From NCBI GenBank assembly GCA_036554825.1, contig DATBMM010000118.1, positions 1 through 32,479 on the forward strand: a stretch of 32,479 nt of DNA, in the 5' to 3' direction. Below the pieces are notes generated by a model, which saw only the letters and a program-made list of their open reading frames with translations, did not search any database and was not told the DNA's origin. Shown in pieces: positions 1 through 8,401 of the stretch. The stretch is from Candidatus Limnocylindrales bacterium (GTDB taxonomy: Bacteria > Chloroflexota > Limnocylindria > Limnocylindrales > CSP1-4). The translations under genes and the position numbers were made by a program. Numbering within the stretch: position 1 is the stretch's first letter; each line of letters starts with the position of its first letter.

Positions 1-1
1 C

Positions 2-922
2 CGCCTGGCCGATCGACTCGGGTTCGACTCGCTGTGGGTCCGCGACCACCTCGTCTTCCATCCCCACGGGATGGAGGGCACGGACCGCACGTTCATCGAG
101 CCGTTCGTCACGCTCACCTACCTGGCCGGCGTGACCGAGCGGATCGGCCTCGGCGCGGCGACGATCATCCCGTTCCGCCACCCGATCAACATGGCCTACA
201 GCGTCGCCTCGATGTCATGGATCACCAGGCGCCGGTTCGACCTCGGCATCGGCGCTGGCAACTTCCAACACGAATTCGACGTGATCGGCCAGGGCGACCT
301 CAAGCGCCCTGAGCTGATGAAGGAGCAGACGCTCATCGCCCGTCGCCTGTGGACGGGCGAATCCGTCGAGTGGCACAGCGAGCAGTACGACTTCGAGGAC
401 GTGGACATCAAGCCGCAGCCGCTCTTCCCGGTCCCGGTCTGGTGGGGCGGCGCGACGCCCGCCTCGGCCAGGCTGGCCGTCGATTTCTGCGATGGGTGGC
501 TGCCGGGCCGGATCACCTTCCCGACCTACGAAGCCCGCGTGGCCAAGATCCGGGAGATGACCGCAGAGCAGGGCAAGCCGATGATCATGACTGGCGCCGT
601 GCCGGTCACCAGCATCGACGAGTCGTTCGACGCGGCCACGGCCCGGATGAACGTCCCAGGCCTGATCAAGAACGCCAACGCCCAGAAGTTCTGGCTCAAG
701 CCCGAGAGCGGCGAGTTCACCCGCATCGAGGAGCTCGACGGCTCGATCCTGGCTGGCTCGCCCGACGACATCGTTCGTGGCGTGCAGCGCTACCAGGAGA
801 TCGGCTGCGACCTGTTGATCTTCGACTTCCGGATGCGCTTCCCGGACTGGCTCCAGCAGATCGAGACGCTCGCCCGCGAGGTCCTGCCCAAGGTGTCGGA
901 CCGGACCACCGTCGGCGTCTGA
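2..922 (+). CDS. Luciferase-like (LLM-class) flavin/F420-dependent oxidoreductase, 5' end cut by the window edge
   Basis: Frame 2 is open from base 2 (RLADRLGFDSLWVRDHLVFHPHG then MEGTDRTF...), so ORF-track 71..922 is only the downstream part of the gene. LLM TIM-barrel-type motifs are present (GFDSLWV.DH, ERIGLG, DLGIGAG, GWLPG). TGA stop at 920-922. Confidence 0.85.
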   Translation, partial: RLADRLGFDSLWVRDHLVFHPHGMEGTDRTFIEPFVTLTYLAGVTERIGLGAATIIPFRHPINMAYSVASMSWITRRRFDLGIGAGNFQHEFDVIGQGDLKRPELMKEQTLIARRLWTGESVEWHSEQYDFEDVDIKPQPLFPVPVWWGGATPASARLAVDFCDGWLPGRITFPTYEARVAKIREMTAEQGKPMIMTGAVPVTSIDESFDAATARMNVPGLIKNANAQKFWLKPESGEFTRIEELDGSILAGSPDDIVRGVQRYQEIGCDLLIFDFRMRFPDWLQQIETLAREVLPKVSDRTTVGV

Positions 923-952
923 CCCAGCGACACATCCGAGGAGGTCCCCTCC

Positions 953-1999
953 GTGAAGACGACGACCTCGACGCAGGTCACCCACTACGAGGTCCAGAAG
1001 AAGCGCCGCGAGTCGTTGCTCGAGGAGTGGCGCGGCTACCACAAGAAGGTCATCCGCCGGGCCGACGTGACGATGGTCGACTCGCCGGCGCGACGCACCC
1101 GGCGCGGTGTGTACGCCGGCTGGGACGGGGATCGACCGACCAAGAACCTCGACGCGACCCTCCACGAGATCGATCCCGGCGTCACGACGACGATCCACCG
1201 CCACAGCTGGGACGCGATCATGTTCATCGAGTCCGGCTCCGGCTGGACCGAGATCGATGGCCAGCGCATCGAGTGGAAGCCGTGGGACACGCTCCACCTC
1301 CCGAACTGGGCGTGGCACCGCCATGGGAACACGGGCTCGAAGCCGGCGGTGTTCCACACGTGGAGCGTGGAGCCGATGCTCGAGCAGTTCGGCGTCGCGT
1401 TGCTCGAGGACGGTGGTGACACACCGGTCGACGAGCTCCCGCGTCGGCCGCGCCAGGTCGACCCGGTCGCCGGCGACGACCCGTACGCCCGACGTACCCA
1501 GCGCCTCGCCCGCCAGTGGGAGGGCAACGAGGCCGCGCGTCTGATCACCCGCTTCGAGGACGTGCGTGGCCTCGTCACGAAGCGCGGGGCGCGCAGCCTA
1601 TTCCTGGTCGACAAGTCGATCGGCTACCACACGGCCGGGCTGTCCGCGGTCATGCACGAGCTCGCCCCCGGCAAGTACCAGTCCCGCCACCGACATGGCG
1701 GGGAGGCCTGGCTGCTCGGCGTCTCCGGTTCCGGCTACAGCGTCGTCGACGATGTCCGCCACGATTGGGAGGCCGGCGACCTGGTCGTGGTCGACCACTG
1801 GCAGTGGCACCAGCATTTCAACGCCTCGACGGAGCGGACGGCGCGCCTCATCCGCGTGCACAACTTCGACGCCCTCTACGACATGATGCGGATCCTGCTG
1901 GACCCCTTGAACCTCTTCGAGGAGCTGCCCACGCTCGACGCGCCGGACCTGAGCGGCGTCGTATGGCCCGACCACCTCGACGGTCGCCCAGAGGCATAG
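953..1999 (+). CDS. Bicupin protein, gentisate 1,2-dioxygenase-like
   Basis: GTG at 953, 8 nt after GAGGAGG (938-944). Two cupin modules carry metal-ligand style motifs: HRHSWDAIMFIESGSGWTEIDG...WAWHRHGN and HRHGGEAWLLGVSGSGYSVVDD...WQWHQHFN. TAG stop at 1997-1999. Confidence 0.85.
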   Translation: MKTTTSTQVTHYEVQKKRRESLLEEWRGYHKKVIRRADVTMVDSPARRTRRGVYAGWDGDRPTKNLDATLHEIDPGVTTTIHRHSWDAIMFIESGSGWTEIDGQRIEWKPWDTLHLPNWAWHRHGNTGSKPAVFHTWSVEPMLEQFGVALLEDGGDTPVDELPRRPRQVDPVAGDDPYARRTQRLARQWEGNEAARLITRFEDVRGLVTKRGARSLFLVDKSIGYHTAGLSAVMHELAPGKYQSRHRHGGEAWLLGVSGSGYSVVDDVRHDWEAGDLVVVDHWQWHQHFNASTERTARLIRVHNFDALYDMMRILLDPLNLFEELPTLDAPDLSGVVWPDHLDGRPEA

Positions 2000-2002
2000 C
2001 GG

Positions 2003-2908
2003 ATGCCCGAGATCACGATCCCGCCCGGCGTCGAGGGCATCGCCGGTCTCACCCAGCTGCCGGACCCCGCGTGGGCCGAGCGCTGGGACCGCATCATCCT
2101 GCCCGCCGAGCAGAAGGAGCGCCTGCTCCATTACGTGCTGTTCTCCCTCCGCCACCGTGGACGGGTCGGCGGGGTCGGCGTGCCGATCCACGGGCTCGTC
2201 GTGCTGGCCGGGCCGCCGGGGACGGGCAAGACGACGCTCGCGGGCGGCCTCGCCCACCGCGCGGCAGAGGCTCTCGAGGGCGAGGAGCTGCTGTTCGTCG
2301 ACATCGATCCGCATGCCTTCCCGAGCCAGCTCCTCGGCGAGAGCCAGCGCGGCGTCGCCCGGCTCTTCGAGCGGACGCTGCCTGACCTGGCGACCCGCGG
2401 CCGGCCGATCGTCGTGCTGCTCGACGAGGTCGAGGCGCTAGCCGTCTCGCGCAGCCGCGCATCGCTGGAGACGAACCCGGTCGACGTCCATCGCGCGACG
2501 GACGCGGTGCTCTCCGGCGTCGATCGCGTCGCGCGGGCGTGGCCCAACGTGACCTTCGTCGCGACCACCAACTACCTGCCCGGCGTCGATGCCGCCTTCC
2601 TGTCGCGCGCCGACCTCATCGAGACGATCGGGGCGCCGGGGCGCGACGCCGTGCGCGCCATCCTCGTCGACACGTTGCGCGAGCTCACCGGTGACGACGC
2701 CCTGGACGTCGAGGGCCTGGACGCCATCGCGGCCGACGCCGCCGCGGCGGGACTCGACGCCCGCCAGGTGCGCAAGCTCGCGCTGCGAGCCGTGACCTCT
2801 CGCCGCGAGCTCACGCTCGATCCGCGCGGGCTGACGCTCGATGACCTCGCCACGGCCACGGAGGCCGCCATCCGGGAGGCGACGCCGGCCGACCGGGCCG
2901 GGTCGTGA
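2003..2908 (+). CDS. AAA+ ATPase, single module, Pch2/TRIP13-like
   Basis: ATG at 2003, 3 nt after the bicupin stop, with GAGG 8 nt upstream. Walker A GPPGTGKTT, Walker B VVLLDEVEAL, sensor-1 ATTN, and VDAAFLSRADLIETIGAPG. The latter resembles the TRIP13/Pch2 signature (LIDEVESL ... D.AF.DRAD....IG.P). The AAA+ call is firm; the TRIP13-clade assignment is tentative. Confidence 0.85.
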   Translation: MPEITIPPGVEGIAGLTQLPDPAWAERWDRIILPAEQKERLLHYVLFSLRHRGRVGGVGVPIHGLVVLAGPPGTGKTTLAGGLAHRAAEALEGEELLFVDIDPHAFPSQLLGESQRGVARLFERTLPDLATRGRPIVVLLDEVEALAVSRSRASLETNPVDVHRATDAVLSGVDRVARAWPNVTFVATTNYLPGVDAAFLSRADLIETIGAPGRDAVRAILVDTLRELTGDDALDVEGLDAIAADAAAAGLDARQVRKLALRAVTSRRELTLDPRGLTLDDLATATEAAIREATPADRAGS

Positions 2909-4146
2909 CCACGGCCGACCCTACGCTCGCCACCCCCGAGGCGACGGCGCATGAAACGCCGTCGACGGGCATCCCGCGCGAGGCACTCCTGCTCGGCGCG
3001 TCGATCTTCCTGCTGATCGCGGCGACCAACATCATGACCCCGCTGCTGCCCGACATCCGGACGGACTTCGCGGTGAGCATCACCACCGCCGGCCTCGTCG
3101 TCGGCGCCTACGGCCTGGCTCGGCTCGCGGTCGACCTGCCGGCCGGCTTCCTGGCCGACACGGTCGGCCACCGGCGGCTGAGCGTCATCGCCATCGCGGT
3201 CCTGCTGGTGGCGTCGGTCCTGGGTCTCTTCGCCGGGAGCGTCGAGCAGCTGATCCTCGCCCGGGTCGGCTCCGGCTTCGCGGTCGGCATCCTGGCGACG
3301 GTCATCCTGTCGGCGCTGTCATCGACCGCCACTGCCGCCAACCGCGGCAAGGTCATGAGCCTGTTCCACGTCGCCAACAACACCGGGATCGCGCTCTATC
3401 CGCTCATCGGCGGCGTGGTGGGCGCGCTGTTCGGCTGGCGGGCGACGTTCGCCGTGACCATCGCGCTCGCCATCGTCGCCGCGATCCTGCTGCTGCCGCT
3501 CCTGCTCCGGATCGATCCGGCCAAGGGCGGCAAGGGCGGCGGCGGGGGTGGCGACCCGGCCCGTGTCCTGCACGGCAACCAGCGTCGTCTCGCGGTCCTG
3601 GTCACGGACTTCGGCGTGGTGGCGAACATGATCCATCGCCACGGCTTCCGGAACACCATCCTGCCGCTCTACGCGGCCTCGGCCCTCGGTCTCGGGGGCA
3701 TCTCGATCGCGACGGCCATCGCGCTCATGTCGATCACCGGCCTGCTGGTGGCAACGCCCGGGGGCATGCTCGGCGACCGCATCGGCCGGCGGCGGGTGAT
3801 CATGTCCGGCCTCGCCGCGGTCGCGGTCGGCGACCTGGTCTTCCTGCTGACCGGGGATCTGCTGTCGTTCCTGCTGGCCGCGGCGCTCATCGGCTTCGGC
3901 GACTTCTTCACCAGCTCGCAGACCGCCCTGCTGTCGGAGGTCGTCCCGCCCGAGGGCCGCACGAAGGCGATGTCCGGCTACCGGTTCTCGGCCGACCTGG
4001 GCGCCCTGCTCGGCCCGGTCGTGCTCGCGGCGATCATGGATGCCCGGGGTGCCCAGGCCGCGATCGTCGCGGCCGCCGTCGTCCTCTTCACCGCGTCGCT
4101 GGCGGCCCGGATCGGCGTCCCCGCGCGTGCGGACGCGCCGGCATGA
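2905..4146 (+). CDS. MFS transporter
   Basis: GTG at 2905 overlaps the AAA+ stop (GTGA, 2905-2908). About 12 hydrophobic segments. MFS loop motif LADTVGHRRL. Gly-rich central loop PAKGGKGGGGGGD. Confidence 0.85.
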   Translation: MTTADPTLATPEATAHETPSTGIPREALLLGASIFLLIAATNIMTPLLPDIRTDFAVSITTAGLVVGAYGLARLAVDLPAGFLADTVGHRRLSVIAIAVLLVASVLGLFAGSVEQLILARVGSGFAVGILATVILSALSSTATAANRGKVMSLFHVANNTGIALYPLIGGVVGALFGWRATFAVTIALAIVAAILLLPLLLRIDPAKGGKGGGGGGDPARVLHGNQRRLAVLVTDFGVVANMIHRHGFRNTILPLYAASALGLGGISIATAIALMSITGLLVATPGGMLGDRIGRRRVIMSGLAAVAVGDLVFLLTGDLLSFLLAAALIGFGDFFTSSQTALLSEVVPPEGRTKAMSGYRFSADLGALLGPVVLAAIMDARGAQAAIVAAAVVLFTASLAARIGVPARADAPA

Positions 4147-4192
4147 CCCCCCGGACCACCGTCGTCCCCGTCCATCCGCTCTGGAGGCCGTC

Positions 4193-5539
4193 ATGACCCC
4201 CGACGACGTCATCGCCCGCATCGATCCCGCCGAGGTGGTCGACCTCGCGCTCGCCCTCGGCAACATCGACAGCCCGACCGGCAGCGAGGGGCCGGCCGGG
4301 GTCTTCGTCCGCGACTGGCTGACGGAGCACGGCTTCGCACCGCGGACCTTCGCCCTGACCGAGGATCGGATCAACGTGGCCGCGTGGATCGATGGGTCGG
4401 GCGGTGGCTACAGCCTGATCTTCAACGCGCACCTGGATACGACGTTGCGGCCGGATGCCGTCTGGTCCGCCAGGGAACCGAACGATCCGCTGTACCACTC
4501 GGCGTGGGTCGACGGCGACGAGATCTACGGCGACGGTGTCGTCAACGACAAGGGCCCGATGGCGGCCTTCCTCGTCGCGGCCAAGGCGATCCGCGAGGCC
4601 GGCTACCCGCTCAAGGGCGACCTCATCGTCAGCGCCGTCGCCGGCGAGATCTCGCGCGAGCCGATCGAGGAGTGGCAGGGTCCGGCCTATCTCAGCAAGG
4701 ACCTCGGGGCGCGGTTCATGGTCACGCACGGGGTCGTGGCCGACTTCGCGCTGGTCGCCGAGGGCACGGGCTTCGGCATCGTCGGCATCGAGCCAGGGAA
4801 GGCGCATTTCAAGGTCACGGTCTTCACCGACACGCCGCGCTACTACACGCCATACCTGCCGCGGCCGACCGGCCTGGCCGATGCGCCGAACGCGATCGTC
4901 CGGACCGCCGCGGTCATCGAGGCGTTCGAGCGCTGGGCATACGACTACCAGGTCAGCCACACGTACGAGAGCCCGAGCGGGACGATCGTGCCCAAGGCAT
5001 CGATCAACGCCATCCGCTCCGGCTACCCGTTCAACCTGACGAGCGCGCCGCAGCTCTGCTCGTTCTACGTCGATACCCGCATCCTGCCCGGTGCCAACCC
5101 GCTCGACCTGCGGGATAGCCTGCGCGGCGTCCTGCGCGAGGTCGGCGTCGAGGGCACGGTCGAGCTGTTCGTCTATCGGCCCGGGTTCGAGGCGACCGGT
5201 GCCGAGCGGCTGATCGAGACCGTGCGGCGCTGTCACGACCAGGTGTTCGACAGCCCGCCGGCGATCGTCGGCGAGCCGGTCACCAGCATGTGGCGCGACA
5301 CGAACGCCTTCAACGAGCTGGGCATCCCGGCCATCAGCTACGCCCCCCGCTCGGTCAGCCACGCGGCACGCAAATCGTTCAAGGTGAAGGACCTCACGGA
5401 TGCCGCCATCGCGTACGCTCGCATCGCGATGGATCTGTGCAACCAGGACCGCCCACCGGGCGCGCCGCTCGGCGCCCACCGCAACCGCGACATCGCCGGA
5501 CGCGTCGCGGAGCGACGCCGCGAGCGGCGGTCGACCTGA
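4193..5539 (+). CDS. M20-family metallopeptidase / amidohydrolase (ArgE/DapE-like)
   Basis: ORF-track 4040..5539 is over-extended at its 5' end. The in-frame ATG at 4193 follows GGAGG (4183-4187) and lies after the MFS stop. M20 motifs are present: LIFNAHLDT, GDGVVNDKGPMAA, AGEISRE. Confidence 0.85.
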   Translation: MTPDDVIARIDPAEVVDLALALGNIDSPTGSEGPAGVFVRDWLTEHGFAPRTFALTEDRINVAAWIDGSGGGYSLIFNAHLDTTLRPDAVWSAREPNDPLYHSAWVDGDEIYGDGVVNDKGPMAAFLVAAKAIREAGYPLKGDLIVSAVAGEISREPIEEWQGPAYLSKDLGARFMVTHGVVADFALVAEGTGFGIVGIEPGKAHFKVTVFTDTPRYYTPYLPRPTGLADAPNAIVRTAAVIEAFERWAYDYQVSHTYESPSGTIVPKASINAIRSGYPFNLTSAPQLCSFYVDTRILPGANPLDLRDSLRGVLREVGVEGTVELFVYRPGFEATGAERLIETVRRCHDQVFDSPPAIVGEPVTSMWRDTNAFNELGIPAISYAPRSVSHAARKSFKVKDLTDAAIAYARIAMDLCNQDRPPGAPLGAHRNRDIAGRVAERRRERRST

Positions 5540-5554
5540 CCGGCCGGCCGGTCG

Positions 5555-6106
5555 ATGGTCGCGCGCGGGTCACACTACGCGGCACTGGAGGTCGCGCCGA
5601 GCGCGACCCAGCGGGAGATCCGGGCGGCCTATCGGCGGCTGGCCCGAGCCACCCATCCCGATGGCCACGGCGGCGACCCGGCCATGGAGCGCCGCTTCAA
5701 GCGCATCGTGCGGGCGTATGAGGTCCTCGGGGACCCCGCGCGCCGACACGCCTACGACCACCGGTCGACCTGGGGGCGATTCGCGGCACCAGGGACCGGC
5801 GGTCCGGCATCATTCGCGGTCGACGCCGGACCCGTCTATCACAGCGACCTGGGCCACCACAGCGACTTCTATCAGGCCGGTGACCCGCTGACGACGACCG
5901 AGGCGGCGACCCTCGTCGGGCGCGATGCCGGTTGGCTCCGGCGAGCGATCCGGACCGGCCGGCTGCCGGCCAGCCGCGGGCCGGGCGGCTATCTGCTCCG
6001 GCGGCGGGACGTCGAGCGGCTCGACCGGGCCGCCCGCCGCCGGTCGCGACGGCCGGTCTCGGACCCTGCAGCGTCACGAGACGAATCGGATACAAGCGAG
6101 GCCTGA
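5555..6106 (+). CDS. J-domain protein fused to an excisionase/MerR-type helix-turn-helix
   Basis: N-terminus: HYAALEVAPSATQREIRAAYRRLARATHPDGHGG...FKRIVRAYEVLGDPARRHAYD, a J-domain with the HPD tripeptide. C-terminus: LTTTEAATLVGRDAGWLRRAIRTGRLPASRGPGGYLLRRRDVERL, HTH_17-like. There is no obvious SD before the ATG at 5555, so the start is less certain. Confidence 0.7.
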   Translation: MVARGSHYAALEVAPSATQREIRAAYRRLARATHPDGHGGDPAMERRFKRIVRAYEVLGDPARRHAYDHRSTWGRFAAPGTGGPASFAVDAGPVYHSDLGHHSDFYQAGDPLTTTEAATLVGRDAGWLRRAIRTGRLPASRGPGGYLLRRRDVERLDRAARRRSRRPVSDPAASRDESDTSEA

Positions 6107-6118
6107 TTGTGTACAATC
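6105..6118 (+). promoter_or_regulatory. 14-bp near-palindrome GATTGTgtACAATC containing a TACAAT -10-like hexamer, upstream of the Fgd-family gene
   Basis: 6+6 bp arms are perfectly complementary. The site sits in a locally AT-rich patch that overlaps the stop of the J-domain gene, 56 nt before the ATG at 6174. I saw no convincing -35. Confidence 0.35.
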
Positions 6119-6173
6119 TGAGCGCCCAGACGACCGTCTTCGTCGGCTCGCGGCGCACGGACGGAGGACGACG

Positions 6174-7169
6174 ATGACCGCCATCGGCTACGCGGCGATG
6201 CTCGAGCAGTTCCACCCGACCGACCTGCTGGACTGGTGTGCCCAGGCCGAGGCTGCCGGGTTCGAGGCCGGGTTCATGGTCAGCGAGCACTTCCATCCGT
6301 GGACCCCCCAGCAGGGCCAGAGCGCGTTCGCCTGGTCGTTCATGGGCGCGCTCGGCCAGCGCACGTCGCTCAAGTTCGGGACTGCCGTGACCTGCCCCGG
6401 GTTCCGCTACCACCCGGCGGTGATCGCCCATGCCGCGGCCACGCTCGGGGCGATGTACCCGGGTCGCTTCTACCTCGGGCTCGGGGCGGGGGAGGCCCTC
6501 AACGAGCACGTCATCGGCGGCCCGTGGCCGGAGATCGGCATCCGCAGCGCGATGATGTTCGAGTCGATCGAGATCATCAACAAGCTGTTCACCGGCAAGG
6601 TCGTGAAGCACCAGGGCGAGCACTTCACGCTCGAGAGCGCTCGGCTGTACACCATCCCGCCCGAGGACCAGCGGGTGCCGGTCTATGTCGCCACCGCCGG
6701 GCCCATCAATGCCAAGAAGACCGGCCGGTTCGCCGACGGGATCATCACGGTCGGGGCCGCCGACGAGAAGATCCAGATGCTCTGGGACAAGTACGAGGAG
6801 GGCGCGAAGGAGGCCGGCAAGGACGTCACCACGTCGCCCAAGCTGCTCCAGATCCACGTGTCGTGGGCGCGGACCGACGATGAGGCCGTCCAGAATGCCG
6901 TCACCGAGTGGCCCAATGGCGGCATGCCCTTCCCCAAGCAGGACATCAAGAACCCCGAGGACTTCGCGGCGATGGCCAAGCTCGTCCGGCCCGAGGACTT
7001 CAAGAACCGGGTACTCATGACGAGCGACCTCGAGGCCCACACCGCGCACATCCAGCACTACGTCGACATGGGTTTCGACGAGATCCACCTGCACAACGTC
7101 GGTCGCAACCAGGCCGAGTTCATCGACGTGTTCGGCACGGAGGTCCTGCCCAACCTCCGTCTGGGGTAG
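6174..7169 (+). CDS. F420-dependent glucose-6-phosphate dehydrogenase (Fgd) family LLM oxidoreductase; substrate uncertain
   Basis: ORF-track 5925..7169 is over-extended. The in-frame ATG at 6174 follows GGAGGA (6163-6168). Fgd-family motifs: MVSEHFHPW, FRYHPAVIAHAAATL, LGLGAGEALNEHV, VPVYVATAGP. Confidence 0.85.
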   Translation: MTAIGYAAMLEQFHPTDLLDWCAQAEAAGFEAGFMVSEHFHPWTPQQGQSAFAWSFMGALGQRTSLKFGTAVTCPGFRYHPAVIAHAAATLGAMYPGRFYLGLGAGEALNEHVIGGPWPEIGIRSAMMFESIEIINKLFTGKVVKHQGEHFTLESARLYTIPPEDQRVPVYVATAGPINAKKTGRFADGIITVGAADEKIQMLWDKYEEGAKEAGKDVTTSPKLLQIHVSWARTDDEAVQNAVTEWPNGGMPFPKQDIKNPEDFAAMAKLVRPEDFKNRVLMTSDLEAHTAHIQHYVDMGFDEIHLHNVGRNQAEFIDVFGTEVLPNLRLG

Positions 7170-7176
7170 CCGCGGC

Positions 7177-7190
7177 CCGGCACGAGCCGG
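7177..7190. terminator. Short GC hairpin between convergent genes (possible bidirectional terminator)
   Basis: CCGGC-acga-GCCGG lies in the 23-nt gap between the Fgd-family stop (7169) and the MFS stop (7193). The stem is only 5 bp and there is no U-tract. Confidence 0.2.
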
Positions 7191-7192
7191 CG

Positions 7193-8401
7193 TCAGTGCT
7201 GCGGGCGGCGGCTCGCCACGACCGCGGCGGTCACCCCGAGCGTGATGCCGGCGGCCGCGAGCACCCCGGCCGCGCCGGTCACGGCCGCGACGGTCCCGGC
7301 GGCCAGCGGGATGACCACCTGGCCGGCGCGGTTGCCGAGCAGTCGAAGCGACATCGCCATCCCGCGCGCATCGTGCGTGGCCCGAGCGGCGACCCACGAC
7401 ATCGTCATCGGCTGGGTGACGCCGAGCGTGCCGCCGGCGACCGCCATGGCCACGAACATGAGGGGGAGCGGAAGCACCGCCAGCGCCACGACCGCGACCG
7501 CCGCGACGAGCAGGCTGCCGACCATCAACCGCGGCCGGCCGAAGCGCCCGATCATCCGGGCGAGCGCGAGGCGCGACGCCATCGACGCCCCCGCCCGCAC
7601 CGACAACAGGGCGCCGACGACCGCGACCGATAGCCCGCGCTCCTCCCCGAGGGCCGGCAGATAGACGACCAGCACGTCCATGACCGAGAGCACCGTCAGG
7701 CTGGCCAGCATCGCCGGGGCCATGCCCGGCATCCTCAGGATGTCGCGCACGGAACGCCCGCCGGTGCTCTCCTGCCCGGGCGTGACGACCGGCCCCGGGT
7801 CGCGGCGCCACAGGAGCACGATGACGGGAACCGCGAGCATGGAGAGTGACGCCCCGAACAGCAGCGCCAGGCCCGTCCCGGCCACGCCGGCCGAGGCCGT
7901 CCCCGCGCCACCGGCCACCTCGCTGCCCGCGATGAGCCCGGCCGACGCCGGCCCGATGAGCTGACCCAGCGACGCCACGAACGACAGGCTGCTGAACCGC
8001 TGGTCGTAGGACGCGAGGTGGCTGCGGCTGCCGACGAGCGTCTGGTTGGCGACGACGAAGACGAGCTGGCTCAGGCCGAGGACGGCGACGCCGGCCAGCA
8101 GGGTGAGCGTGTCGCCCACGAAGACCAACGAAACGGCGGCCGTCGCCTGGAGCAACGCAGCGACGGCAAGGAATGGGAACGGGCCATGGCGGTCGACCCG
8201 CCGGCCGATCCACAACGCGAGGATGACCGGAGCGATCGCGAACGCCGTGGCGACCAGACCGAGGGTCTCCGGCGGCATCCCGATATGCAGGGCGCGATAG
8301 GACGCCATCGGCCGGGCGACCGCAGTGGCCGACTGGAGGAGCGTGGCGCCGACGAGCAGGGTGGTGAACCAGCGGTCGTCACCGGGCAGCCGGCGGGTCA
8401 T
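7193..8401 (-). CDS. MFS transporter
   Basis: ORF-track 7193..8743 is over-extended. The ATG at 8401 (MTRRLPGDDRWFTTLLVG...) overlaps the upstream LLM stop as ATGA. The protein has multiple TM segments and the motif WIGRRVDRHG. Confidence 0.85.
   Translation of the reverse strand: MTRRLPGDDRWFTTLLVGATLLQSATAVARPMASYRALHIGMPPETLGLVATAFAIAPVILALWIGRRVDRHGPFPFLAVAALLQATAAVSLVFVGDTLTLLAGVAVLGLSQLVFVVANQTLVGSRSHLASYDQRFSSLSFVASLGQLIGPASAGLIAGSEVAGGAGTASAGVAGTGLALLFGASLSMLAVPVIVLLWRRDPGPVVTPGQESTGGRSVRDILRMPGMAPAMLASLTVLSVMDVLVVYLPALGEERGLSVAVVGALLSVRAGASMASRLALARMIGRFGRPRLMVGSLLVAAVAVVALAVLPLPLMFVAMAVAGGTLGVTQPMTMSWVAARATHDARGMAMSLRLLGNRAGQVVIPLAAGTVAAVTGAAGVLAAAGITLGVTAAVVASRRPQH

Noticed and set aside
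2003-2908. Type III CBASS locus, suggested by the TRIP13-like ATPase
   Set aside because: No HORMA-sized ORF, CD-NTase or nuclease/effector gene lies on either side in any frame. The neighbours are clearly a bicupin and an MFS transporter. It is reported as an orphan remodeller instead.
3521-3538. Tandem 9-bp repeat AAGGGCGGC x2 plus a G-run
   Set aside because: It lies inside the MFS gene and simply encodes the Gly/Lys-rich central cytoplasmic loop (KGGKGGGGGG). It is not an independent element.
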